The notes under the pieces were generated by a model, which had not been told where the DNA came from, searched no databases, and saw nothing but the letters and a program-made list of their open reading frames with translations. From contig JBEIHC010000003.1 of the NCBI GenBank assembly GCA_040381555.1, forward strand, positions 1 through 48,498: 48,498 bases of DNA, written 5' to 3'. Below, piece by piece: positions 10,085 to 19,510 of the stretch. The stretch is from Bacteroidia bacterium (GTDB taxonomy: Bacteria; Bacteroidota; Bacteroidia; J057; RFSG01). A program made the position numbers and the translations under genes. Position 1 is the first letter of the stretch. Every line of letters begins with the position of its first letter.

Positions 10085-10835
10085 TAATTTCAAAGAAGTC
10101 AGCAGCTTTCAGGCTGGCTCCGCCTACTAGTCCTCCATCGATATCTGCACAAGCAAATAGGGTAGCTGCGTTTGCAGCATTAACACTTCCCCCATATAAA
10201 ATAGGAATGCTCTGCGCCAATGTTCCATATTTTTCTGTCAGCAATTTTCGAATGTAGGCATGAACTTCCTGAGCTTGTTCGGGGGAAGCTGTTTTGCCGG
10301 TACCGATTGCCCATACAGGCTCATAGGCAATGACTACTCCGGCCATTTCCGAGAGGGAAAGATGAAACAGACCTTTCGTTAATTGGGATTCAATAACAGA
10401 GAAAGTTTGGTTGCTTTCTCTTTCGGAAAGGCTTTCGCCGATGCAAAAAATGGGAGCCAGTGCATTTCGAATGGCGGCATTGACTTTAGCTGCCAAAAGG
10501 GCATCTGATTCTCCATAGATTGCTCTTCTTTCGGAGTGCCCAATAAGGGTATAAGCGGCTCCAGTTGATCTTATCATGCCACCAGAGATTTCGCCTGTAA
10601 AAGCGCCTTGGTCTGATTCATGCAAGTTTTGGGCACAAGTTGAAAATGCAGGATGGTCTTCAAGTAAATCGGTAACCTTTGCTAAATGAATGGCAGGGGT
10701 AGCCAGGATAATTCGGACGGATGAATTATTGGATAAAGGCTTATATAGCTCAGTAAGTTGATTGACTAAGTTGATGCCTTCAGAAAGGCTTAAGTGCATT
10801 TTCCAATTTCCGGCAACGATTTTAATTCTTGACAT
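10068..10835 (-). CDS. tpiA: triosephosphate isomerase
   Basis: AGNWKMH, IGHSERR, YEPVWAIGTGKTA and GGASLK motifs are all present. Confidence 0.96.
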   Translation of the reverse strand: MSRIKIVAGNWKMHLSLSEGINLVNQLTELYKPLSNNSSVRIILATPAIHLAKVTDLLEDHPAFSTCAQNLHESDQGAFTGEISGGMIRSTGAAYTLIGHSERRAIYGESDALLAAKVNAAIRNALAPIFCIGESLSERESNQTFSVIESQLTKGLFHLSLSEMAGVVIAYEPVWAIGTGKTASPEQAQEVHAYIRKLLTEKYGTLAQSIPILYGGSVNAANAATLFACADIDGGLVGGASLKAADFFEIIKARQ

Positions 10836-10934
10836 AGGATACCTTAATAAGATTTACAGCGGGCAACGAATTTCTTTCAAAGCCCGGCTGCAAACTTACA
10901 CAGTTAGGGTGAATTTTCAGCTACCTAGGCCCCT

Positions 10935-11354
10935 TCAAAATGGCAAATCATCCTCTTGAGCTACAACTGGGGGGGGAGTTGTTCTCTCCTCAGTTTTGGT
11001 GTAGGAGGATTCCTTTCCATTGTTTTCACTGGAGGAGCTGCCACCGAGTAGTTCTACTCTTACAACTCGAAGGTCCAGGCTGGCAGCGGGTTGATTTTGA
11101 GAGCTGCTCATGTAGGCGTCCACAGAAGGCGTTCCTTCAACAAAAATTTGAGTGCCCGTCCGAAGATAGGGGACAATATTGGTATTGTCATTCCAATAGC
11201 TGCACCTGACCCAAGTTGTCCGGGATTGTTGATTCCCTTGAGAATCCCGATACTTCTCTGAGTGGGCAACATTAAAGGCAATTACCTTCTTTCCATTTAC
11301 ATCGCGAACTTCGGCATCCTTGCCGAGATGTCCAATTACCATTAGTTTGATCAT
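10935..11354 (-). CDS. ssb: single-stranded DNA-binding protein
   Basis: It has an OB-fold N-terminus (MIKLMVIGHLGKDAEVR...TTWVRCSYW), a low-complexity linker, and the acidic C-terminal tip EDDLPF. Confidence 0.9.
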   Translation of the reverse strand: MIKLMVIGHLGKDAEVRDVNGKKVIAFNVAHSEKYRDSQGNQQSRTTWVRCSYWNDNTNIVPYLRTGTQIFVEGTPSVDAYMSSSQNQPAASLDLRVVRVELLGGSSSSENNGKESSYTKTEERTTPPPVVAQEDDLPF

Positions 11355-11551
11355 AAGAATTACAATTAAGTTTGAAAGATGCTGCTAATTTACCTAAAGG
11401 GTCAGAATAAATTTCCGGACATTTTGGGGTAAAAAATGCTCGAAAAAAGGCCATGAAAATCAAGGTGAATGTCAATTATTGTGTAAAATGACACCTGTTT
11501 CGATTCGGATCAATAATCTATAGATTCAATAGGGACGGTACTTTCCGAGAG

Positions 11552-11983
11552 TTATTCCGGCTTTATCCAAGTCATTTTGAAGTGCGGAATTTCGCACTCA
11601 AAAAAACGCTCTCCTTCCTTCATGAAATTATATTTTTCGTAGAAACCAATAGCTGATTCTTGCGCATGTAAGTACACAGGATAGGCAGCAGGCAGCTCTT
11701 GAAGGATTTTGTTTAGCACAGCCGCTCCGATACCTTTTTTACGATAGGGGAGCAGTACGGCAAATCGTTCCAGCTTAATACTCTGCCAGGGCGTAATTCT
11801 CCAACGGGCACATCCGGCAGGTTTTCCTTCGTATAGGGCCAGATAATGGTGAGATATTGGCTCATACCCATCATATTCCTCTATTTCTGGCACCTGTTGT
11901 TCTTCTATAAAAACTTTTCTTCGGATGTCATATACTGCCTCAAACTCTTCATCCTGTGAAGCCTGAAAAACTTCTATATTCAT
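11552..11983 (-). CDS. GNAT family N-acetyltransferase
   Basis: The acetyl-CoA binding motif RKKGIGAAVLNKIL (R/Q-x-x-G-x-G/A) is present. I chose the start at MNIEVFQ (ATG at 11983), which avoids overlap with the upstream gene ending at 11989. Confidence 0.8.
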   Translation of the reverse strand: MNIEVFQASQDEEFEAVYDIRRKVFIEEQQVPEIEEYDGYEPISHHYLALYEGKPAGCARWRITPWQSIKLERFAVLLPYRKKGIGAAVLNKILQELPAAYPVYLHAQESAIGFYEKYNFMKEGERFFECEIPHFKMTWIKPE

Positions 11984-11988
11984 TTTTA

Positions 11989-12828
11989 TTATTTGAGGGT
12001 GAATGGATAGGATTTTCCTTGGATAATCATTGTTGCCTCGTTGTCGCAATTCCCCGTTCCATAATCTAGGGTTCTGACTTCACTGCCATTGCGACGAAGT
12101 TCTATTTTACCCGCGGAGAAATATCGGCAATCGGGGCGGAATTTCAAGGGTTGGGTAATGATGGTTGAGAATAAATTCCCCTTACGGTCGGAGCCACTAG
12201 TAGCCCCTTTGATCAAGAACTCATCATCATTGAATATCATAGGTGTTTCATGCCCACGAACCAGTTCTTGTGTTCTATCCGATTTAAAATCTACAACCCC
12301 ATCGGCGCCCAATATTTTACATTCTAAGACTTCTACTCGCATTACAGGATGACCCATAGGAGGCTTTCTGCCTAGGTTTGTTTCTCTATGCTGATAAGTC
12401 CAACGAACATTATTGATGAAGAAGCTGTCTGCAATAATTTGCTTGTAGGAGAGCGAATCCCATGGATTTCCTGTCCAGGTCATGATCAGCCTTCCCTTTC
12501 TGGTTTTACCATCAAAGCATACGCAACCAGTTTGACCGAAATCAATGATGTATTTTTTGGGGTTACTGAGAGTATCTAAGGTCTCGACAGCACAGGAAGG
12601 AACATCAAAAGTATCTGTTCCATTTGTTTTCGCACCTAAGCGCCTGTCCCATCCCCCCTTACTCATGGTAAAGATGGTATTACTTTCCGTTTCGCCCCGA
12701 TTATTGTCGGTCGCAGTTATTAATTCATCAGTAGAATTGATGCTGTTAGTAGTTTCCTCTTCTTTTTTACAGGCAGCAAACACTAAAAAGGAAGCTAAAA
12801 TGAGGTAGTAAAAGAATTTAGGTTTCAT
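11989..12828 (-). CDS. hypothetical lipoprotein
   Basis: Lipoprotein signal peptide MKPKFFYYLILASFLVFAAC (lipobox FAAC). No family was recognised. Confidence 0.6.
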   Translation of the reverse strand: MKPKFFYYLILASFLVFAACKKEEETTNSINSTDELITATDNNRGETESNTIFTMSKGGWDRRLGAKTNGTDTFDVPSCAVETLDTLSNPKKYIIDFGQTGCVCFDGKTRKGRLIMTWTGNPWDSLSYKQIIADSFFINNVRWTYQHRETNLGRKPPMGHPVMRVEVLECKILGADGVVDFKSDRTQELVRGHETPMIFNDDEFLIKGATSGSDRKGNLFSTIITQPLKFRPDCRYFSAGKIELRRNGSEVRTLDYGTGNCDNEATMIIQGKSYPFTLK

Positions 12829-12869
12829 GAATAAAGTATTTAGGTTAAATTTAAGAAATTTTATAAGGA

Positions 12870-14882
12870 GTGGTTTATAATATTCTAAAAAAAATTAATA
12901 ATCTTTTTTTGAGCCTGATTTTAGGTAGCTGGATGGGTCTTTATGCTCAGTCCAATCCAACTGAATCTCCGGAAGTTAAGGAATTGCTGGGCATATTGGA
13001 TTCTGCCAAAGGAAGTAACCGGGTTACCACTCTGAACAAACTATTTATTGCCACCTATTACACCGATCCTATGCGTGCCTTTGGATTTGTGACGGATGCC
13101 CTATCGACTGCACGAGAGGTTAAGGATGAAAAAGGAGAGGCTTACAGCCATAGCAATCTGGGGATATTTTTTTTAGATCGGGCAAATTACGCTTCTTCTT
13201 TCGAGCAATTTATGGAAGCCTTAAAAATTCGGGAGAGGAGAAAGGATAGTTCTGGCTTATCAGATATTTACACCAATTTAGGAATGCTGTATCAATATCA
13301 GGAATTATTTCCAAAGGCAATTGAATACCTTTATCGGTCATTGGTTTTAGATAGATTGATTGGGGATTCAGTTGCTATTGGCTATACTTGTAATAACTTG
13401 GGTAATGCTTGGATGGCTTTTGAAGAATTGGATTCAGCGCGTAAATATTTGCATTTAGCCTTAATCTATAAAGCTTCGGATGAATATAGTTTGCCCAGCA
13501 CCTTGGATAACCTTGGAAAGTTATATCTGAAACAGGGTAAAGAAACGGAAGCAGAAGAATACTACAATCGCGCTCTTAAGATTCGAAAGAAATCAGATAA
13601 TCTGTTGGGGATAGCAGAAAGTATGATGCGATTGGCAGAGATAGAATTGAATCGGGGTAATGCTGGAAAAGCTATTTCTTATGGGCAAGAGGGTTATACT
13701 ATTGCTGCGCAGCTCAATAGTGCGGAATTGTTACCCGAAGCCGCCCGATTAATTGCACGCGCCTATCATCTATCTAAAAAAAATGCAGATGCTTATATTT
13801 GGCTCGAGCGCTATTTACATTTAAAAGACAGTTTATTCAGCACTGAAATTCTTACCCGTATTGTCGGCATGGAGGCTGCAGGTAAAATACAGAATCAAAA
13901 AACAGAGATTGAACTCTTAAAAAGTCAAAAGGAATTGGCTCAGGCAGAAGCTGACCGAAGGAGATTATTTCTTTGGGCTCTCTTTGGCGGAATGATCTTA
14001 TTGGTCTTACTGGCAATCGTTTATTATAGCAGATACAAAACAAAGAAAAGGGCTAATGCCATCTTGCAAGCCCGAAATAGTGAAATTGAAGAAAAGAATC
14101 TTGTTATCGGGAGGCAACACCAGTTGATAAAAGACAGTATTATTTATGCGCGCAATATTCAGGAGTCTTTCTTGCCATCCAAGCATCTACCGCCTTTAGC
14201 AGGAGGGGAGATGTTTATAATCAATCAACCCCGAGATATTGTGAGCGGGGATTTTTATTGGATTGATTTTATTCAGGGTAAAATGATTTTTGCCTTAGCA
14301 GATGGAACGGGTCATGGGGTGCCGGGAGCCTTTATTTCTTTAATTGGAATAACCCTTATTAAAACTTCCTTAAGAGAATTGCCAGATGCCACACCGGATA
14401 AACGATTAGCCTGGTTGCATGCTGAGGTTATAAAGGCTTTGGGAAATCAGAATCAGCGCGTTGATTTCTCTGAGGGGATGGACATTGCTTTGATTAGCTA
14501 TGACCCGAATACAAAAGTACTGGAATTTGCCGGAGCTCAAAGACCTTTGGTTTTGTTTCAACAACAAGAAATGCGGGTGATTAAGGGCGATCGAATTTCT
14601 TTAGGGGACAAAAGAATGATAGATCCAGCATTTACCCTTCATCGATTTTCCATTCAAGAGGGTGATTCTTTATATCTTTTTACGGATGGGCTGACTGATT
14701 TATTGGGAGGCCCTAAGCGCCGGCGCATCACTACTCCTCATTTCCTGAACTGGTTGGCAGAAATTAACTTGCAAAAATTTGAGTTCCGAGAGGGGGAATT
14801 AAAGCAGAAAATTCACAATTGGAAAGCCGATTCTCCTCAAGCAGATGACATCTTGATTTCCGGAATAGAATTTTTGAGTTGA
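12870..14882 (+). CDS. TPR-repeat sensor / PP2C-type SpoIIE family protein phosphatase
   Basis: An N-terminal signal or anchor is followed by several TPR-like repeats (NLGxxY..., A..YY..AL.I), a coiled region, and one TM helix (LFLWALFGGMILLVLLAIVYY). The C-terminal PP2C/SpoIIE motifs are SGDFYW, ALADGTGHGVPGA and LFTDGL. Confidence 0.8.
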   Translation: MVYNILKKINNLFLSLILGSWMGLYAQSNPTESPEVKELLGILDSAKGSNRVTTLNKLFIATYYTDPMRAFGFVTDALSTAREVKDEKGEAYSHSNLGIFFLDRANYASSFEQFMEALKIRERRKDSSGLSDIYTNLGMLYQYQELFPKAIEYLYRSLVLDRLIGDSVAIGYTCNNLGNAWMAFEELDSARKYLHLALIYKASDEYSLPSTLDNLGKLYLKQGKETEAEEYYNRALKIRKKSDNLLGIAESMMRLAEIELNRGNAGKAISYGQEGYTIAAQLNSAELLPEAARLIARAYHLSKKNADAYIWLERYLHLKDSLFSTEILTRIVGMEAAGKIQNQKTEIELLKSQKELAQAEADRRRLFLWALFGGMILLVLLAIVYYSRYKTKKRANAILQARNSEIEEKNLVIGRQHQLIKDSIIYARNIQESFLPSKHLPPLAGGEMFIINQPRDIVSGDFYWIDFIQGKMIFALADGTGHGVPGAFISLIGITLIKTSLRELPDATPDKRLAWLHAEVIKALGNQNQRVDFSEGMDIALISYDPNTKVLEFAGAQRPLVLFQQQEMRVIKGDRISLGDKRMIDPAFTLHRFSIQEGDSLYLFTDGLTDLLGGPKRRRITTPHFLNWLAEINLQKFEFREGELKQKIHNWKADSPQADDILISGIEFLS

Positions 14883-14964
14883 GGCTAAGGAAGGCCTGTT
14901 ATTATTGATGGTTGGGGCCATTATTTTTATAAAATAATATATTATAAAAAAATATACTAAAAAT

Positions 14965-14983
14965 GGGACGTTTTTTTTCGTCC
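14965..14983 (+). terminator. weak candidate intrinsic terminator hairpin
   Basis: GGACG-T8-CGTCC followed by TATTTTG, 83 nt downstream of the 12870-14882 stop. The stem is only 5 bp. Confidence 0.25.
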
Positions 14984-15040
14984 TATTTTGTCTTCATTTG
15001 TCCGGTAAAGTGAAATAATCTTTAGGTAGCTTCGCAAATT

Positions 15041-16558
15041 GTGAAGTATCTGTATCCCTATTCTGGTTTTCCCCTGCTGAGGGTATGTTTGTTTTTCATA
15101 CCCGGTATTGCTATGGGTAAATACTTTTGGAACCATTCCACTATACTCTTTGCTACCTGTTTGAGTTTGCTTCTTCTTTGGTTTCTCGTCTATGGGATGC
15201 AGATTCGAAAAAAGTATTTTATTCCCGAGACAGGTCTATTTTTATTGATAATTTCCTTCTTTCTGGCTTGGCTGATTTCATCTTCCTGGCATTTTCGACA
15301 TAATACCTGCAAGGATCAATTGCAGGGTAAATGGATCAAGACTCGGGTATTGTTGGAATCTTTTCCTACTCGTAATAAAAAAAATGCTTGGGTGTTGAAA
15401 GGAGGAATTGAGTCTGCTCACTATAAGGGGCATTCCATTCCTGTGAGTTGTGGTATTTACATTTCAACAGACTCTCTCGAACAAGCATTTCGTCCAGGTG
15501 ATTTATTGGAGGCCGAAGTGAAATTATATTCTGTTTCCGATACTGCGGCAGGTTTTCAATCTTATCTATATGGTATTGGAACCGGATTTACCAGCAGAAA
15601 AGGGAATTGGAAAAAGTCCGGGGAATCTAATTCTATCTTTGGTTATGCTCTTAGACTTTCTGCTTGGTTTCATGACCAGTTACTGCTGCATATTGAAGAT
15701 TCTCAAACAGCAGGATTAGCGGTAGCTTTAGTTACAGGTGATCGATCTGGATTAGATAAGGAATTGTCTGAAAGGCATCGTAAATTAGGTACTACGCATA
15801 TTTTGTCTGTTTCGGGGTTGCATGTAGGATTGATTTGTCTGGTTTTAATTAAATTATTGATTTTGCTGGATAAATTGGGCCTGCAGGGTAAAAGAATTCG
15901 GGTAATTGTGGTAATGATTTCTTTAGCCGGGTATGCGCTGATTACTGGTTTAGCACCTTCTGTTTGTCGGGCAGTGCTCATGACTTTGGTGAGTTTGACG
16001 GGCCAATTGTTTAACAGGAAGGCAGATGGAGGAAATGTTCTGGGATTTGCGTGCATACTTGAATTGTCTTGGGAGCCTTGTTGGTTATTTTATCCCGGAT
16101 TTCAACTTTCTTTTGCCGCTTTGGCTGGATTAATTTGGATACAACCTTTATTGTTGGAAATCTGGGAACCTAATCATAATTGGTTAAATCGATTGTGGGA
16201 AATGTCCGCAACTGCATTAGCTGCTCAATGGAGTACGCTGCCGTTTCTGATACCGCTTGCAATTGATTTTCCTCTATATTTTTTGCCTGCGAATATTTTA
16301 ATTGTTCCCATTGCCAGTGTACTGACAGGAGCGGCTTTTGCATTGGTGCTGTTAAGTCCCATTCAATGGATTCCGGATATTTTGGGCTGGGGGATTCATT
16401 GGATTGCGGTAGGAATGGATTGGATTGCAGGGCTTTTAAATCAGTTGCCGATGGTGAGTGTTGGATTGCCTTTAAATTCTGCTTCAGATGCTTGGATGTT
16501 GGGGATTGGGATGTATTCATTGGTATTGCTTTTGAAGTGGAGAAAGGGAGAAAAATGA
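15041..16558 (+). CDS. comEC: ComEC/Rec2 family competence membrane protein (no C-terminal metallo-beta-lactamase domain visible)
   Basis: 505 aa, polytopic. It has the competence-domain signature GTTHILSVSGLHVGL and an N-terminal OB-like (DUF4131-type) region between TM helices. GTG start. Confidence 0.8.
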   Translation: MKYLYPYSGFPLLRVCLFFIPGIAMGKYFWNHSTILFATCLSLLLLWFLVYGMQIRKKYFIPETGLFLLIISFFLAWLISSSWHFRHNTCKDQLQGKWIKTRVLLESFPTRNKKNAWVLKGGIESAHYKGHSIPVSCGIYISTDSLEQAFRPGDLLEAEVKLYSVSDTAAGFQSYLYGIGTGFTSRKGNWKKSGESNSIFGYALRLSAWFHDQLLLHIEDSQTAGLAVALVTGDRSGLDKELSERHRKLGTTHILSVSGLHVGLICLVLIKLLILLDKLGLQGKRIRVIVVMISLAGYALITGLAPSVCRAVLMTLVSLTGQLFNRKADGGNVLGFACILELSWEPCWLFYPGFQLSFAALAGLIWIQPLLLEIWEPNHNWLNRLWEMSATALAAQWSTLPFLIPLAIDFPLYFLPANILIVPIASVLTGAAFALVLLSPIQWIPDILGWGIHWIAVGMDWIAGLLNQLPMVSVGLPLNSASDAWMLGIGMYSLVLLLKWRKGEK

Positions 16559-16564
16559 TTTTAT

Positions 16565-17020
16565 AGATTATACAGATGAGGGGAGGTGAGGGAATGGGGT
16601 TGGAGGGGATTTGCTTTGTTTTTTCCGCAGATTGCACAGATGGTTAAGAATAATTTTGGGCAAGATACGCTGCGCAGATTATACAGATGGGGGGATGTGA
16701 GGGAATTGGGTTGGGGACTTTGTTTTTTCCGCAGATTGCACAGATACTTAAAGAATAATTTTGGGACAAATACGCTGCGCAGATTATACAGATGGGGGAG
16801 GTAAGGGAATGGGGTTGGAGGGGATTTGTTTTGTTTTTTCCGCAGATTGCACAGATGTTTAAAGAATAATTTTGGGAAAGATACGCTGCGCAGATTATAC
16901 AGATGGGGGGAAGTGAGGGAATGGGGTTGGGGGGGTACTTTGTTTTTTCCGCAGATTGCACAGATACTTAAAGAATAATTTGGGGGTAAATACGCTGCGC
17001 AGATTATACAGATGGTGGGT
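16565..17020. repeat. ~110-bp tandem repeat, 4 full copies plus a decayed fifth, each with a G-quadruplex motif
   Basis: Unit starts (AGATTATACAGATGG) are at 16565, 16676, 16781, 16892 and 17001. Each unit contains GCTGCGCAGATTATACAGATGG, a G-tract block (for example GGGGAGGTGAGGGAATGGGGTTGGAGGGG), T-rich CCGCAGATTGCACAGAT, and AAGAATAATTTTGGG. Confidence 0.95.
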
Positions 17021-17235
17021 GTTTGAGGTAGAATAAAAATGGTGCGGGATTATTTTTAATAAATTTTCTTTTGATTTCAATACGATTCGCAGGAAATGCA
17101 GCTTCAATGCGCTATCATTTTGGGACAATATTATGTACTTCTTGTAGGAGAAGGGATAAATTTATTGAGAGTTAATTTTATTATTTTCTCATTTTATTTC
17201 AGCGTAATTTTAAGGATAATTTAATTATTGAATTC

Positions 17236-18762
17236 ATGTCAAAGTATATTATTATTTCTCTCCTGCTTTTTTCCGAATTATTCGCACAGAAGGTACAATT
17301 TTCAATTTTACAGTTTAATGATATTTATGAGACTGGGCCTTTGTCGGGAGGTAAGGAAGGTGGGGCAGCAAGGGTTGCTGAGTATCGGAATCAATTGCTT
17401 AAGAGTAACAATCCTTTGATTACCATTTTAGCGGGTGATTTTTTAAGTCCTTCGGTGATGAATGATGTAGTGTATGAAGGGAAAAAAATTAAGGGCAGGC
17501 AGATGGTGGAATTGTTGAATAGTATGGAGGTTGATTTAGTTACATTTGGCAATCATGAATTTGACTTAAAGGAAGCAGATTTATTGTCTCGAATTAATGA
17601 ATCAAATTTTGAGTGGATATCATCTAATGTGTTACATAAAACTGCGGAGGGGTTAAAGCCTTTTGAGAAAGTATCTAACTCAGGGGTTTACCCATTCAAG
17701 CCTTGCACTACTCTGGTGGTTCAGGATAAAAAGGGTCATTCTTTGAGAGTAGGTTTTATTGGCATTACTTTACAGGGCTTTAAACCCAGCTATGCGGAAA
17801 TTGAATCTTTTACAGAAAAAGCCCGGCAGTATGCTGATACATTGAAGCTTCGGGATGCGGCCCATTTGGTATTGGCTTTATCTCATTTAAATATAGAAGA
17901 AGATCGTCAGTTGGCTCAAGCCGTTCCTGAGCTACGATTGATTATGGGCGGACATGAGCATGAGGCCCATATTGAGGAAGTGGGTAGCACGCGCATTGCC
18001 AAGGCAGATGCCAATGTTCGTTCGATTTATGTACATACCTTCAAGGCTAGATTGCCCAAAGATGCGAATGAAGCTGTTTGGTTTAGGTTGCGTTCGAAGT
18101 TGGTTCAGATTACCGATAAAATGAAAGAATCTGAGCAGACCGCGGCTGTTGATCGTAAATGGAAACAAATTGCATTTGATTCTTTTCGGGCTGCAGGTTT
18201 TAAGCCTGAGCAGTCCGTGATGGTTGCAAAAGAACCATTAAACGGGTTAGAATCCAGTGTCAGAAATCAGGCTACCAATTTAGGGCAATTAGTTGCTGCA
18301 GCCTATAAAGCGGCTTGTCCTAATGCTCAGGCCGGGATTCTAAACTCAGGTTCTATTCGAATTGATGATCAAATTTCAGGAGTCATTACAGAGTACGATG
18401 TATTGCGCATTTTGCCGTTTGGAGGTCAGGTAGTTCAGGTGGAAATGAAAGGAAGTTTATTAAGGCAATTTCTGAATGATGGGCTTGGAAACAAAGGGTC
18501 CGGAGGGTATTTGCAATATTCGGGAGTAGCGTATGTTAACAACAATTGGACTATTCAGAATCAGCCCATTCAAGATGCGGAATGGTATCCTATTGCTGTG
18601 ACAGATTTTTTGTTAACCGGCAAGGAAAAGAATATGGGGTACTTAAAATCCGACAATGAGTCTATTCGTAATATTGTTTTGCCAGGTCCTAATGAATTGG
18701 ATAATCCGGCTCGGGATGTACGGATAGCCGTTATACAACACATGCGCACAAATTATAAATAA
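17236..18762 (+). CDS. bifunctional metallophosphatase / 5'-nucleotidase family protein
   Basis: It has a signal peptide, the metallophosphoesterase motifs GDFLSPS, GNHEFD and GGHEHE, and a C-terminal 5'-nucleotidase substrate domain (LNSGSIRIDD...). Confidence 0.85.
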   Translation: MSKYIIISLLLFSELFAQKVQFSILQFNDIYETGPLSGGKEGGAARVAEYRNQLLKSNNPLITILAGDFLSPSVMNDVVYEGKKIKGRQMVELLNSMEVDLVTFGNHEFDLKEADLLSRINESNFEWISSNVLHKTAEGLKPFEKVSNSGVYPFKPCTTLVVQDKKGHSLRVGFIGITLQGFKPSYAEIESFTEKARQYADTLKLRDAAHLVLALSHLNIEEDRQLAQAVPELRLIMGGHEHEAHIEEVGSTRIAKADANVRSIYVHTFKARLPKDANEAVWFRLRSKLVQITDKMKESEQTAAVDRKWKQIAFDSFRAAGFKPEQSVMVAKEPLNGLESSVRNQATNLGQLVAAAYKAACPNAQAGILNSGSIRIDDQISGVITEYDVLRILPFGGQVVQVEMKGSLLRQFLNDGLGNKGSGGYLQYSGVAYVNNNWTIQNQPIQDAEWYPIAVTDFLLTGKEKNMGYLKSDNESIRNIVLPGPNELDNPARDVRIAVIQHMRTNYK

Positions 18763-18776
18763 ATTTATAGATAATC

Positions 18777-19472
18777 ATGAAAAAAATATTCTCTTATTTC
18801 CTGTTCTTTTTCTTCTCTTCTCAGTTGTTTGCCCAAAGTTATTGCGATTCTGTGTTCCAAGTAGTTCCTGGAAGTGTACGATTTTTTGATTCTCAATTTT
18901 CCGGAGGCGATTCTGTTCTCCAATTGTCTTTAGTGAATATTTCAGCAGGGCAATCTTTGGCTTATCCTACAGCTAAATTTATTCCTTTGACGCCTTTGCC
19001 TACAGGTATGACTCTCTCTTCGACAAGTGTTAGTTTTAATACTGTTTTTGCCTCGTCTTATGTTCCTGGGGATACCAGTCAGGTAAGTTTTTATTTTTCG
19101 GTAAGCCAGCCTATACCGGATAATTATTCTGTTTGGTTTCAGCTGTGGGCAGATGGAGACAATAGCAGCACTCTTATTGATTCCTGTCAGGTACAAGATA
19201 GTTTTTTGGTTAATCTGAAGTTAGTGACTCCCCTTTCTGTTTCAGATCAGTTGGAGGCTCCTAACGGGGTGGAGTTTCGGCAGTTGGGCGAGGAGGTCTT
19301 TATTCGCCTAATTCATTCCCGCGGAAATATCCATATTTATGATAGTATAGGAAGAAAGATGCAAGATTTGAAAGTGGATTCGGATGATTGGTTCGCAGTT
19401 AAGTCGTTACTTCCGGGGGTTTATATTTTTCGATTGGATTCTGGTCAGTCTATTCGGTACCGGATAGAATGA
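18777..19472 (+). CDS. secreted hypothetical protein with T9SS C-terminal sorting domain
   Basis: Signal peptide MKKIFSYFLFFFFSSQLFAQS. The C-terminus ...IHIYDSIGRKMQDL...LLPGVYIFRLDSGQSIRYRIE is CTD-like. Confidence 0.65.
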   Translation: MKKIFSYFLFFFFSSQLFAQSYCDSVFQVVPGSVRFFDSQFSGGDSVLQLSLVNISAGQSLAYPTAKFIPLTPLPTGMTLSSTSVSFNTVFASSYVPGDTSQVSFYFSVSQPIPDNYSVWFQLWADGDNSSTLIDSCQVQDSFLVNLKLVTPLSVSDQLEAPNGVEFRQLGEEVFIRLIHSRGNIHIYDSIGRKMQDLKVDSDDWFAVKSLLPGVYIFRLDSGQSIRYRIE

Positions 19473-19510
19473 AAGTAGGGATAGCCAAAGTTTTAGGAAA
19501 TCCACTATAG

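Noticed and set aside
10891-10898. A -7-like box TAAGTTTG (minus strand) upstream of tpiA
   Set aside because: There is no TTTG -33 element at the expected 18-21 nt spacing. tpiA may instead be co-transcribed with ssb. The evidence is too weak to call as a feature.
16565-17020. Possible CRISPR array (regularly spaced conserved 16-17-mers CGCAGATTNNACAGAT)
   Set aside because: The sequence between the conserved blocks is itself conserved from unit to unit, so there are no unique spacers. The whole ~110-bp unit repeats. No cas genes or leader are nearby. It is a tandem repeat, not a CRISPR array.
16170-17128. ORFs through the tandem repeat (minus 16170-16637, 16644-16961, 16895-17128; plus 16586-16804), including a Cys-rich periodic translation ...ICIICAAYLSQNYSL.ICAICGKNK...
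   Set aside because: Both strands are open only because the repeat is G/T-rich and stop-poor. The 'starts' are GTGs internal to the repeat. One ORF runs antisense into comEC. Unit periods (111/105/111/109 bp) are not consistently multiples of 3. I saw no signal peptide or family motif.
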